A stretch of DNA of 64,000 bases from an uncultured Eubacteriales bacterium (lineage in GTDB: Bacteria > Bacillota > Clostridia > TANB77 > CAG-508), in assembly GCA_902787685.1 (NCBI GenBank), contig CADAHH010000002.1, positions 31,251 through 95,250 on the forward strand. The letters run 5' to 3'. Shown one piece after another: positions 50,040 to 60,060 of this stretch. How positions within the stretch are numbered: the first letter of the stretch is position 1; every line of letters starts with the position of its first letter. The notes beneath the pieces were generated by a model that was not told the DNA's origin, did not search any database, and worked only from the letters and a program-made list of their open reading frames with translations. The translations under genes were made by a program, and so were the position numbers.

Positions 50040-51179
50040 TTAATTATCTATCAACCCAAATCCTGTAGATATAAACCTTGTTTTGTGTGCTCCTGTGCTA
50101 TCAACAGGGTCATTAATTAATTCATAATTTACAACCATAGCTGTTGATGTTCCACCATCTAAATTTGCAGCATTATATGCTCCATATTTTTGTAATACTT
50201 CAATTAAATCATCCATATCTGCTCCTGGTCTTTTAACCATTCGTCCATCTATTGCAAGAAATAATACTATTCCATCTTTTCTTTGTGCAATTGCAGAACG
50301 AGGAGCTGTTCCCCATCCACCATTACCTACAACTGTTGATGCTTTTCCATTTACTATTAAGAATGGCCCACATGTTACGGCATCACGTACTCCTAGCTTT
50401 TCAGCTGTAGCCTTAGTACAATTTGATGCTAGAACAAGTTTATCTTCTTTGTCAAATCCAATTATTCCACCTGTACCAGCATAATAATAATCTGTAAATA
50501 ATTTTCCTTTTGAATATGTAATACCTAATGGATTAGCAGCATTGCTATTGTAATTTGGATCATCAAATCCTCCACCATTTATTGCTACAACAGCCTTATT
50601 ATCCTTTGCCATTGTAGTTAAATATTGTCCACTTTTACCCATTTTAGCAGTAACTAAAGTATGTACTTTTGAAGGATCATATATAACTGCTAAATATCCT
50701 GTATATCCTTTTCCTGAAATCTTAATAATTTTATATTTATCACCAGGATGTTCTTTTTGCAATATTTCTCTTTCATATTCGTTTTCATATTCTTTTTTTT
50801 CTACTAAATTCACTTTGATTGCATCTGTATCAGTGTCTTCATCAATTTCTTCTACAGTATTATTTGCCATTACTTTATCAATCGTTTCTTGGCCGTAAAA
50901 CAAGTAAGCTAACCACTGATGTTCCATAGTGGTCATTGCTGTTGTAATAAACCAATCCCTAAATCCATGATAAGGTCCATATAGTATAAAAGCTAGCGAA
51001 CCTATACCTAATAAAATTAGTATACATACGATTATTATTAATTTTTTTAAAATACTTTTCTTCTTCCTTTTTTTCTTTCTATTATTCTCACTATAATTAT
51101 TGTTAAAATCATTATCTTCTCTCAATGCTTTTGGTACTTCCTCTATGCCAAATATTTGGTTCATTTGTTTCTCCTCCAT
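50040..51179 (-). CDS. Phosphodiester glycosidase (NAGPA) family membrane-anchored protein
   Basis: AINGGGF, PRSAIAQ, DGR, NLDGGTST. Confidence 0.85.
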   Translation of the reverse strand: MEEKQMNQIFGIEEVPKALREDNDFNNNYSENNRKKKRKKKSILKKLIIIVCILILLGIGSLAFILYGPYHGFRDWFITTAMTTMEHQWLAYLFYGQETIDKVMANNTVEEIDEDTDTDAIKVNLVEKKEYENEYEREILQKEHPGDKYKIIKISGKGYTGYLAVIYDPSKVHTLVTAKMGKSGQYLTTMAKDNKAVVAINGGGFDDPNYNSNAANPLGITYSKGKLFTDYYYAGTGGIIGFDKEDKLVLASNCTKATAEKLGVRDAVTCGPFLIVNGKASTVVGNGGWGTAPRSAIAQRKDGIVLFLAIDGRMVKRPGADMDDLIEVLQKYGAYNAANLDGGTSTAMVVNYELINDPVDSTGAHKTRFISTGFGLIDN

Positions 51180-51267
51180 TTACATATTACAATATTTTAT
51201 CCTCTTTTTCAATATGTTTTTAATTAAAAATCCATAATTTCAATTCATTATTTAAATTATAGAATAA

Positions 51268-52098
51268 TCATCGCAATCCTATTAAAGCAGTAGCTAGTCC
51301 GTAATCTTTCCCTTCTACTCTATATGAGTGAATAATATTGCTATTACAAACTGAACATATTCCACTATCTTCAATATTATCTTCTAAAATTCCCATTCCC
51401 TTTAATAACATTTTATTTATATATACTGTATCAACATACCATTTTTCATGTCTATTAAATATAAACTCATCAGTATTTCCAAGCTTTTTAAATTGTTTAT
51501 AAAACATTTCTTTAACATCTTCTCCTACTTCAAAATGACATTTTCTTATACTTGGACAAATGCATACAATAATATCTTTTGGATTACATCCGTATATATT
51601 GATCATTTTTTCTACGGTTTTAATTGAAATTTCTTGGATTGTTCCTTTCCATCCAGAATGAGTATTTGCAATTATTTTTTTAACAGGATCAAAAAATAAA
51701 AGTAATATACAATCAGCATTGGTAGTTGCCAAAACTATTCCTCTTTTATTTGTTATTAATCCATCAGATAAAATTTTTGTATCAATAGTATTATTAGTAT
51801 TGATTTCATCAATACTTACTACATTATCGGTATGAGCTTGATTAGCCTTAATAATATTCTTATAGTCTGCTCCAATCTGCTTGCAAAATTGTTTATAATT
51901 ATTCATACTATTTTCATATTCATTATTTGATAATGGCTCTCTATTGGATCTAAATGTTCTAAAATTTTTATCAATTCCAACCGAATAACCATGAGAAATT
52001 ATATTATTATATTTTTGTAATTTTCTAAATTGTAAATACTCTATATGTTCCGTTTTAATATGATTAACCGTATTATTACTTAATACATCATTATTCAT
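51268..52098 (-). CDS. pgeF: PgeF/YfiH (laccase-domain, purine nucleoside phosphorylase-like) protein
   Basis: QAHTD, DGLIT, ADC, HSGWKG, PSIRKCHFEVG and CSVC...SYR. Confidence 0.88.
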   Translation of the reverse strand: MNNDVLSNNTVNHIKTEHIEYLQFRKLQKYNNIISHGYSVGIDKNFRTFRSNREPLSNNEYENSMNNYKQFCKQIGADYKNIIKANQAHTDNVVSIDEINTNNTIDTKILSDGLITNKRGIVLATTNADCILLLFFDPVKKIIANTHSGWKGTIQEISIKTVEKMINIYGCNPKDIIVCICPSIRKCHFEVGEDVKEMFYKQFKKLGNTDEFIFNRHEKWYVDTVYINKMLLKGMGILEDNIEDSGICSVCNSNIIHSYRVEGKDYGLATALIGLR

Positions 52099-52150
52099 TT
52101 TAATTTGTGTTCCTTTCTAAAATTCGCAAAGCTTATTCTAATATAGTTCG

Positions 52151-55100
52151 CTAGCAATTTTCAAAAAATGTTTCTTTTGATTTTTTATTTATAAATCTAT
52201 ATCCTGTTTTATAAATTCCCGAATTAAAATTACATATATTCTTATATTCACAATACTCACATGGTGTTTTTTTATTTTTGTAATATGGTTTTAATTCTAT
52301 ATTTCCATTTAATATCTCATTTGATATTTCTATTATTGTTTTATTTACAAAATCCTTTAATTTTGAAAATTCTTCAACTGTTAAAGAACTACTCTTTTTA
52401 TAACTTAAATTTCCATCCTTGTCCATATATGCAGGAATTATTTTAGAAGATGTAGATGGTTTTAAATTATTATCTTGCATAATAGCAACTTTTACGTCTC
52501 CTAATATTAATCCCTTCATTTTAAAGTTGTTTTTAATTTTCTCTTCTATTTCTTCTTTAGTCAATTTTTTATCAGAATTAATTATTTGTTCTAACAGATT
52601 AAAATATAATACTCCTGCTGGAATAAAATCTTCTGTTTTACACATTGCATCTAAATATGTAATTAGTTGTAATTGTAAACCTCCGTATATATTTGTAAAA
52701 TCCATATCTTTTATAGATGATTTATAATCAATTATTCTAATATATTGATTATTCTCATCTTTTGCTAAATCCACTCTATCTATCTTACCAATAATCTCAA
52801 CTTTTTTTCCATTATCTAAATTAATTATTATAGGTTTATATTTCCCATTTTTCACATCAAATGAAATCTCAGTGTCTAAAATATTAAAATCACTGCAATT
52901 AAGACTTACAATAATATATTTTATAGCTTTAATTATTATTCTCTTTAATCTATTTACCAATAAAACATATTTTTTTGTAGCATTAAAAATATAATATTTA
53001 TTTTCAAATAATTTTTTATTTATTATCTCAATAACTATTTTTTCTATAATATCATCTTTTATTTCTTTAATCTTTAGATCTTTTATTTTTAATTCATTAA
53101 AAAACAAATCAATGATTTCATGCATAAATGATCCAGTATCAATATTTTTAATTTTTAGTTCTTCTTTTCCTTTTAATTTTAATGAATATTGTAAAAAATA
53201 TTCATATGGACATGATCTAAACATTTCTAATTTTGAAACACTTGTTGTTAATTTATTTCCGTATAATTTTATTATATTTTCTTTTTTGATTTTTTCTGGT
53301 GTTTTTAAATATTTAATATAATTAATATTATTTTTTAATATTTTTTTATATTTATTATTACCAATAAAATATTTATATAATAATTCCACATTTAAATATT
53401 CTTGATTTGAAGACATATTGTCTTCTATCAAATAATTATTTTTATTATTTATTTGTAATATTAAATTATTATACAAATCACTTTCTAAATAACAAATATT
53501 ATTATTATTTAAAATATCACTATATTCATAAATTTTTAAAAATATTTTTTTTAATTTTAAAATTATATTTGAAGCTCTTAATGATTTTCCATCTATATCT
53601 GATGAAACATATGATAAATATAATTTTTCTTCAGCAGTAGTAAAAGCCTTATAAATATTATAATTATCATCATATATATTTTCGATAGTTCCTTTAGATA
53701 GCTCAATTCCCTTATTTTTTAATAAATCTCTATCATTATCATTAAAAAATCCTTCATCTTTATTTACGCTTGGAAATACTCCATCATTTAACCCTATAAT
53801 AAAAACAGCTTTAACTTTATGTGATCTAGATCTATCTACATCACCAAAAACAACTTGATCTTGTGTAGCTGGAATTTTTCCAAGATCACTGCTTTTTAGT
53901 CCAGTTATAAATATTTTGTAAAATTCATCTAATGTCATATTTTCATTTTTAAATATGTTTTTTATTTCTTTAAAAATATTAATAATTATTTCATAACTAG
54001 ATTTATATTCTTTTGCTAATTCAAGATTATTTTTAGTTGTTATTTTATTTATTATTTTTCTAATTTCTTTTTTAGAATTTTTATATTTTTTATTTTTTAC
54101 TTTTGAAACAAATAATAAATTAATATTTTTGTAATTAATTTTATTATTAATTATATTTATTCTTTTATTTATTTTTTCTTCTATTTTTTCATTAATTAAA
54201 AAATTATAAAATTCATTAATTATATTCACTATATTTTGTTTTTTACCAATTTTATTTTCAAGGTTAATTAAAGGATTAATTATTCTTTTTCTTAATTCAT
54301 TTAAATATTCTATTTCTTCTTTATTAATATCTATTCCATACTCGAAATCTTTTTTTAATTTATTATTTTTAATTCCATATTTAATTACATATTTTTCCAA
54401 TTTAAAAATGTCATTTTCATCTAATTCTGTAAATGGATTTTTTAAATAATTAAAAATAGATTCATATGAATAATTCTTTAATATCACTTCTATAATACTT
54501 AAAACATATCTAATTAATATATTTTGATTTAAATCTTTATTTTCATCTATAAAAACTGGTATTTTATATTTTGAAAAAATTGATTTCACAAGTGATGAAT
54601 ATGAATTTATATTTTTTGTAATTATTGATATTTCATTATATTTATAATTATTTTCTTTTATTAATTCTATTATTTTTTTTGCAATATTTTCAATTTCTGA
54701 ATATTTATTTTTTGCTAAAAATAAATTAATATTATTTAATTCTTTTTCATATTTTTTATTTTTTTTATTAAATAAATTATTTTCAATAAATAATAATTCC
54801 TCATTTTTAAATCTATACAGTTTATCTAAATATATTGTTTCAATTTTTTCATTTTTATTTGTTAATTTTATTATTTTATTAATAGTTTTTTTGTTGGGAT
54901 AAAAAATATCTATATCTGGATTTGTATTAAAATCCAAATTATCTACGCATGCTGTAATAGTGAGGCTTTTCGAGTTTTTTAGTAATTTCTCAATTATAGA
55001 TAATTCTTGTTTTGTAAATCCTAAAAATTCATCAATATAAATTATGCTATTATTAAACATATTTGTTTTTTCAATATTATTTTCTAATTTAGTTAATAAA

Positions 55101-55615
55101 TCTGTTTCATCTAAATATTTATTCATAATATTTAATTCAAATTTTTCATATATTAATATCATATCTTTTAATTTAATTTTTAAATATTCATCATTTATAT
55201 TTTCTAATTCGTTTTTTAAATCTTTTATTGATATTTTATTTTTTTTAAATTCAGATATTGTTCTTATACACAAATCAATATTTTCATCAGATTTATTTAA
55301 CAGCTTTAAATTATTTTTCTCTTTTTGTAAAATAGAATATATTAACATTGATTTTCCACTTTTTGTTATATTATTGTGTATTCCTTCTGTTTCACTTAGT
55401 ACTCTATATGCCATTCTATCAAAAGTAATTACTTCTGCATTTATAATTGCTTTTTTATTTTCAACTAATTTTTTTTCAGCTGTAAAAGAAAATTGTTCAG
55501 GAGTTATTATATAAATTTTATTTTTTTCCCCTGAATTTATTATATCATTTATCTCATCATATATAAACTTACTTTTACCAGAACCTGATTTTCCGTATAC
55601 AATTCGTAATCCCAT
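52151..55615 (-). CDS. addB: ATP-dependent helicase/nuclease subunit B
   Basis: YGKSGSGKS, TPEQFSF, SVSKLE...CPY, GKIDRVD, IIDYKS, QLITY and C-terminal Fe-S Cys (CEYCEY...C). Confidence 0.9.
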   Translation of the reverse strand: MGLRIVYGKSGSGKSKFIYDEINDIINSGEKNKIYIITPEQFSFTAEKKLVENKKAIINAEVITFDRMAYRVLSETEGIHNNITKSGKSMLIYSILQKEKNNLKLLNKSDENIDLCIRTISEFKKNKISIKDLKNELENINDEYLKIKLKDMILIYEKFELNIMNKYLDETDLLTKLENNIEKTNMFNNSIIYIDEFLGFTKQELSIIEKLLKNSKSLTITACVDNLDFNTNPDIDIFYPNKKTINKIIKLTNKNEKIETIYLDKLYRFKNEELLFIENNLFNKKNKKYEKELNNINLFLAKNKYSEIENIAKKIIELIKENNYKYNEISIITKNINSYSSLVKSIFSKYKIPVFIDENKDLNQNILIRYVLSIIEVILKNYSYESIFNYLKNPFTELDENDIFKLEKYVIKYGIKNNKLKKDFEYGIDINKEEIEYLNELRKRIINPLINLENKIGKKQNIVNIINEFYNFLINEKIEEKINKRINIINNKINYKNINLLFVSKVKNKKYKNSKKEIRKIINKITTKNNLELAKEYKSSYEIIINIFKEIKNIFKNENMTLDEFYKIFITGLKSSDLGKIPATQDQVVFGDVDRSRSHKVKAVFIIGLNDGVFPSVNKDEGFFNDNDRDLLKNKGIELSKGTIENIYDDNYNIYKAFTTAEEKLYLSYVSSDIDGKSLRASNIILKLKKIFLKIYEYSDILNNNNICYLESDLYNNLILQINNKNNYLIEDNMSSNQEYLNVELLYKYFIGNNKYKKILKNNINYIKYLKTPEKIKKENIIKLYGNKLTTSVSKLEMFRSCPYEYFLQYSLKLKGKEELKIKNIDTGSFMHEIIDLFFNELKIKDLKIKEIKDDIIEKIVIEIINKKLFENKYYIFNATKKYVLLVNRLKRIIIKAIKYIIVSLNCSDFNILDTEISFDVKNGKYKPIIINLDNGKKVEIIGKIDRVDLAKDENNQYIRIIDYKSSIKDMDFTNIYGGLQLQLITYLDAMCKTEDFIPAGVLYFNLLEQIINSDKKLTKEEIEEKIKNNFKMKGLILGDVKVAIMQDNNLKPSTSSKIIPAYMDKDGNLSYKKSSSLTVEEFSKLKDFVNKTIIEISNEILNGNIELKPYYKNKKTPCEYCEYKNICNFNSGIYKTGYRFINKKSKETFFENC

Positions 55616-55701
55616 AATATCACCTACGGATAGATTATATAGATTTTGTTAAAAGATGTCAATATATTCAATTTTTCAATTGAATATAAATGTATTTATT
55701 A

Positions 55702-55790
55702 AGCAGTAGAAGATTGGAAGTAAAATATAATATTACAATTCCTACCTCCACAGTCTTGTCTCCAACCTCCTACCTCTTACCTCATATATT
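55702..55790. repeat. Degenerate heptamer array (hairpin arrangement)
   Basis: agcagta gaagatt ggaagta ... ctacctc cacagtc ttgtctc caacctc ctacctc ttacctc. Confidence 0.7.
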
Positions 55791-55806
55791 TCTTACTAAT
55801 AGCATA

Positions 55807-56526
55807 CTAATTATAAAAATAATTAATTATCCCATTATATATTCCCCAAGCAAGTTTGTTTTGATAATCATCATTTAATAATAATTGTTCTTCATCAGGA
55901 TTTGATAAAAATCCACACTCAACTATTGTTGTTGGAATTTCTACATGTTTAATTATATAAACATTATCTATACTTTTTGCAATTCTATTATTATCCTTTT
56001 CTATATTTTCATTTAAACTATTTTGTATTTCCTTTGCCAGTTTTGCACCTTGTTCATTCCCTTCCTTATAAAAGGTTTGCCATCCATCATATTGTGATTG
56101 AGATATTTTATTTAAGTGAATAGACACAAAAATATCTGCTGATGATTCATTACCAATTTTTACTCTATTATGAATATCTGAAATTTTCTTCTGTCTTAAT
56201 GTTTTGCTATCAATATCATATATAGCATTTTCATCTGAACGTGTAAGTATTACTGTTGATCCACTTTGTTCTAACAAATTTTGTAGCTTTAATGCAATTT
56301 TTAAATTAGTTTCCGCTTCTGTGGTACCTTTTGAACTTTGAGCTCCTTCATCTGGAATTCCATGTCCTGCATCTATTACAATTATCTTTTCCGTAACTGG
56401 TAGACTTACTGTAGAAATGTAATTATTTTGTTTTTGTAAATCATCTGTAGTAAAAATAAAAACAAAAATAGCAATAAATATGCTTGTAATAATAAATGTT
56501 AATCTCTTTTTATTTAATATAATCAT
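55807..56526 (-). CDS. cwlD: N-acetylmuramoyl-L-alanine amidase, CwlD-like (spore cortex)
   Basis: IVIDAGHGIPDEGA, EAETNL, SIHLN, IVECGFLSNPDEE. Confidence 0.8.
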   Translation of the reverse strand: MIILNKKRLTFIITSIFIAIFVFIFTTDDLQKQNNYISTVSLPVTEKIIVIDAGHGIPDEGAQSSKGTTEAETNLKIALKLQNLLEQSGSTVILTRSDENAIYDIDSKTLRQKKISDIHNRVKIGNESSADIFVSIHLNKISQSQYDGWQTFYKEGNEQGAKLAKEIQNSLNENIEKDNNRIAKSIDNVYIIKHVEIPTTIVECGFLSNPDEEQLLLNDDYQNKLAWGIYNGIINYFYN

Positions 56527-56602
56527 ATCTTACTCCTAGTTTTAAGAATTTCTATATATTTATATTAATTAATTATTTATTTATTACAATTATAGAATAA
56601 TT

Positions 56603-56707
56603 TAAAGTATGAAGTTGAAGGTCAGAAGTAGGAGGTTGGAAATTGGAGGATGGAAGTCGAAAATAGGAAGTGAGATATTAGAAATTAAAAGTACGAGGTA
56701 TGAACCT
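56603..56707. repeat. Degenerate heptamer array, about 15 units
   Basis: tgaagtt gaaggtc agaagta ggaggtt ggaaatt ggaggat ggaagtc gaaaata ggaagtg agatatt agaaatt aaaagta cgaggta. Confidence 0.8.
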
Positions 56708-56739
56708 TTGATGCTAGCTTTTATATATAATGAGACCAT

Positions 56740-56776
56740 AAAAAAGACTTTTACAGATAACTGTAAAAGTCTTTTT
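56740..56776 (-). terminator. Intrinsic terminator of the HU gene
   Basis: AAAAAGACTTTTACAG...CTGTAAAAGTCTTTTT. Confidence 0.85.
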
Positions 56777-56794
56777 TATATTAACTAATTTAAA

Positions 56795-57079
56795 TTAATT
56801 TTTTTTGTTATTAACTGTATTTTTTAATGCTTTACCAGCTTTGAATACAGGAGCTTTTGATGCAGGTATTTTGATTTCTTGTTTTGTTTGTGGATTTCTT
56901 CCTTTTCTAGCAGCTCTTTTTCTAACTTCGAAAGATCCAAATCCAACTAATTGAACTTTTTCTCCTTTTTTTAATGCTTCAGTTACAACTTGTGTAAATG
57001 CATTAACAACTGATTCAGCTACTTTTTTTGTGCTTTCTGTTTTTGCAGCTATTGCTGCTACTAATTCAGCTTTGTTCAT
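56795..57079 (-). CDS. hup: DNA-binding protein HU
   Basis: [34 protein letters not shown]. Confidence 0.96.
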   Translation of the reverse strand: MNKAELVAAIAAKTESTKKVAESVVNAFTQVVTEALKKGEKVQLVGFGSFEVRKRAARKGRNPQTKQEIKIPASKAPVFKAGKALKNTVNNKKN

Positions 57080-57273
57080 TATAATTACCTCCTAAAATTT
57101 TTATGTAGTTACTTGAAATCGTGCTAATAAAGCATTTCGTAATCTACTTTACTTATTTATTCGCCAAAGTTCGATAAAATCCCTCCTTTTTTTATTATTT
57201 TTTTTAGTTTTTTCTTATTTCAAGCCTATTTCAGGGATTACAGCAAACGTTCATCTTTGTTTTTCTTTTATTT

Positions 57274-58650
57274 TTATAGTTGTTGCTGTGTTTGTTTACG
57301 TAATTGTGTTATTAAAAAAGTTCCACTTGTAAGACAAGATATAATATTACTTATAATATTTCCAATTATAGCACCTAATATACCTAATTTTTCATTAGGT
57401 ATTAAAAAAACATTACAAACTAACTTAATAATAATACCTACACTGCCACTTAATGGAGGTACATTTTCTTTCCCTAATGATTGAAGAATTGCATTTATTG
57501 TTTGATTTAATAAAGAAAATATAATACATATACTTGATATCTTTAAATATAAAGCTCCTGAATTAGCATTAGGAAATAGAATGTTTAGTATTTTATCAGG
57601 AAAAATAAAAAATAATATTGTAATTGGTATTCCTATTAAAAAAGTTATGCATAAAAATGCATTAATAGATTCATATATTTTATGATAATCTCCTTTTACA
57701 ACTGTTTTAGTAATACGCGGTATAAAAGCTGTAACAAATGGAATATTTAAAGATAATGCTAAAGAGCATAATATATCAATTTTTCCACTTAATACTCCAT
57801 ATTGTATTCTTGCATTGTTCTCATCAATACTCTTTTTCAAAAGCCTTACAACCGTAAATGAATCTATTATTCTATTAAATGATGAAATTATACTGCTTAA
57901 TGAAATAGGAATAGCTTGTTTAAATATTGTCTTTATAGTTTTTCTTATTCTTGTTGGTTTATAATTAATGGATTGATTTATCTCTTGCCCTATTTCTCTT
58001 CTTTTTTTTATATAGTTTAACCATATATAAACTGCACATAACATAGTTGCTATAGTGGTTGCTAAATTTGCTGCACCTGCCATATTACTTACATTACTAT
58101 TTGTTGTAAATGAAGTAATTTCTACTAATAAAACAGTTAATATTGTTTTAAAAATTTGTTCTAAGCCCTGTGACTTTGCTGTTAATGAGAAATTTTGTCT
58201 ACCATTAAAATACCCTCTAAATACTGAAATAATTGAAACAAAAAAGACTGATGGTGCAAGACATATTAAACTTTTTTCTGCTTCAGGTATTTGTATCCAA
58301 TCGTTTGATATTTTTTTTGCACCTAAAAATAGAACAATCGTTACTACTCCACCTATTAAAGCAAATGAAGCAAAAGCTATTTTAAAAATTTTGTGTGCAC
58401 CTTTCGAATCTCCTACTGCTAATCTTTCTGAAACAAGTTTTGAAATTGCACTTGGTATTCCTGTTGATGAAAATGCTAAAAGTAATGCATATATTTGAAA
58501 TCCACTACTATAAATTGCATTTCCGGTATCTCCAAAACCATCCTTATTAGTTAAATAAAACTTATATACAAAACCTATTATTTTTACAAAAATCTGTGAT
58601 ATTAATAAATATGCTATTCCTTTAAAAAAACTTTCTTTTTTATATTTCAC
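57274..58650 (-). CDS. MATE/MurJ-like polysaccharide flippase (SpoVB/YabM-like)
   Basis: KIIGFVYK, G..IYSSGFQIY, GIPSAISKLVSE, FRGYFNG, SQGLEQ. Confidence 0.8.
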   Translation of the reverse strand: MKYKKESFFKGIAYLLISQIFVKIIGFVYKFYLTNKDGFGDTGNAIYSSGFQIYALLLAFSSTGIPSAISKLVSERLAVGDSKGAHKIFKIAFASFALIGGVVTIVLFLGAKKISNDWIQIPEAEKSLICLAPSVFFVSIISVFRGYFNGRQNFSLTAKSQGLEQIFKTILTVLLVEITSFTTNSNVSNMAGAANLATTIATMLCAVYIWLNYIKKRREIGQEINQSINYKPTRIRKTIKTIFKQAIPISLSSIISSFNRIIDSFTVVRLLKKSIDENNARIQYGVLSGKIDILCSLALSLNIPFVTAFIPRITKTVVKGDYHKIYESINAFLCITFLIGIPITILFFIFPDKILNILFPNANSGALYLKISSICIIFSLLNQTINAILQSLGKENVPPLSGSVGIIIKLVCNVFLIPNEKLGILGAIIGNIISNIISCLTSGTFLITQLRKQTQQQL

Positions 58651-58749
58651 TATACTATCCTTTCTTTATAGTTTATAGTTAAATATTAAAGTTCAGTAAT
58701 TTAATAATAAAAGATACCATTTAATAGATATTTAAAGTTGCAGAAAAAT

Positions 58750-58968
58750 GTAGGGGCGATTTTAATCGCCCGACTAAAGATATTACCATGTTAATTATAT
58801 TTTTCATTTTACATGATATGCTCCTAAACAAATTTAAAAATTAAATGTTTTATTTCTTTATTTGTTTGTGTTTATTTTTAAATTATTGTTCATGTATTTT
58901 CTAATTCTTTATTATGCCGTGAACATTTTAGCTGAATTAATATTGCGGGCGATTAAAATCGCCCCTAC
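58750..58968. repeat. REPIN-like inverted pair of GTAG REPs
   Basis: REP at 58750-58772 and exact reverse complement at 58946-58968. Confidence 0.85.
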
Positions 58969-59032
58969 TGTTTCTCTATAATTTTTACATACTAAACTGT
59001 ACTTAATTTAATTATGAATTTTCCTAAAACTA

Positions 59033-59061
59033 TTGACATTTTCGCTTTTTTGTATTAAAAT
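59033..59061 (+). promoter_or_regulatory. Sigma-A promoter of rplM-rpsI
   Basis: TTGACA, 17 nt, TAAAAT. Confidence 0.7.
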
Positions 59062-59162
59062 TATTCGGTACAAAGTAAAAATATGAATTAAATTAAAACT
59101 TCTCCCCGGTGGTTTTTATTTAATTATCATATATATTAAAAAATAGGAGGGTACATTTTACT

Positions 59163-59597
59163 ATGAATAATGCAACATATAGTGTTAAAAAAAGTGAAAT
59201 TCAAAGAAAATGGTATATAATTGATGCAGCAAATAAGCCTTTAGGTAGAGTTGCTACTGAAGCAGCTAGATTACTTGCTGGGAAACATAAACCAATCTAT
59301 ACAACTAATATAGATACTGGTGATTTTGTTATTGTTATCAATTGTAAAGACATTAAATTTACAGGAAACAAATTAAATTCAAAAATTTACAGACATCATT
59401 CTGGATATATTGGAGGAATGAAAGAAGTTACAGCAAAAACTATGATGGATAAAAATCCTGAAAAAGTTATGACACTTGCAATTAAAGGAATGTTACCACA
59501 TAATACTTTAGGTAGTCAAATGCTTAAAAAACTTAGAGTTTATAGTGGAAGTGAACACGAAAATCAAGCACAAAAACCAGAAATTTGGAATTTTTAA
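59163..59597 (+). CDS. rplM: 50S ribosomal protein L13
   Basis: [30 protein letters not shown]. Confidence 0.97.
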   Translation: MNNATYSVKKSEIQRKWYIIDAANKPLGRVATEAARLLAGKHKPIYTTNIDTGDFVIVINCKDIKFTGNKLNSKIYRHHSGYIGGMKEVTAKTMMDKNPEKVMTLAIKGMLPHNTLGSQMLKKLRVYSGSEHENQAQKPEIWNF

Positions 59598-59618
59598 ATT
59601 ATAAAGGAGGAACATTAA

Positions 59619-60020
59619 ATGCCTAAAGCAGAAAAAAAATATTATTATGGTACTGGTAGAAGAAAAAAAGCTATTGCTAGAGTTAGATTAATTGAAGGAA
59701 ACGGAAAAATAACAATTAATAGCAAAGATTTAGATGAATACTTTGGAAAAGAAACATTAAAAGTAATAGTTAAACAACCATTAGTAGCTACAAATACTTT
59801 AGCTAAATATGATGTTATTGCTTCTGTAAATGGTGGAGGATCTACAGGTCAAGCAGGAGCTATCCGTCATGGTATAGCAAGAGCTTTAAATGAAGCTAAT
59901 TCAGAATTTAGACCTGCTTTAAAATCTAATGGATATTTAACAAGAGATCCACGTATGAAAGAAAGAAAAAAATACGGTCTTAAAAAAGCAAGAAAAGCAC
60001 CACAATTTTCAAAGAGATAA
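59619..60020 (+). CDS. rpsI: 30S ribosomal protein S9
   Basis: [40 protein letters not shown]. Confidence 0.98.
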   Translation: MPKAEKKYYYGTGRRKKAIARVRLIEGNGKITINSKDLDEYFGKETLKVIVKQPLVATNTLAKYDVIASVNGGGSTGQAGAIRHGIARALNEANSEFRPALKSNGYLTRDPRMKERKKYGLKKARKAPQFSKR

Positions 60021-60025
60021 TATAC

Positions 60026-60060
60026 AAAAAGCTTTGGAACTATTATTCCAAAGCTTTTTT
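60026..60060. terminator. Bidirectional terminator
   Basis: AAAAAGCTTTGGAA...TTCCAAAGCTTTTT between convergent genes. Confidence 0.85.

Noticed and set aside
59095-59125. CTCCCCGGTGG in the rplM 5' UTR as an L13 leader RNA
   Set aside because: Plausible by position, but I could not build the full structure by eye; it needs an Infernal scan.
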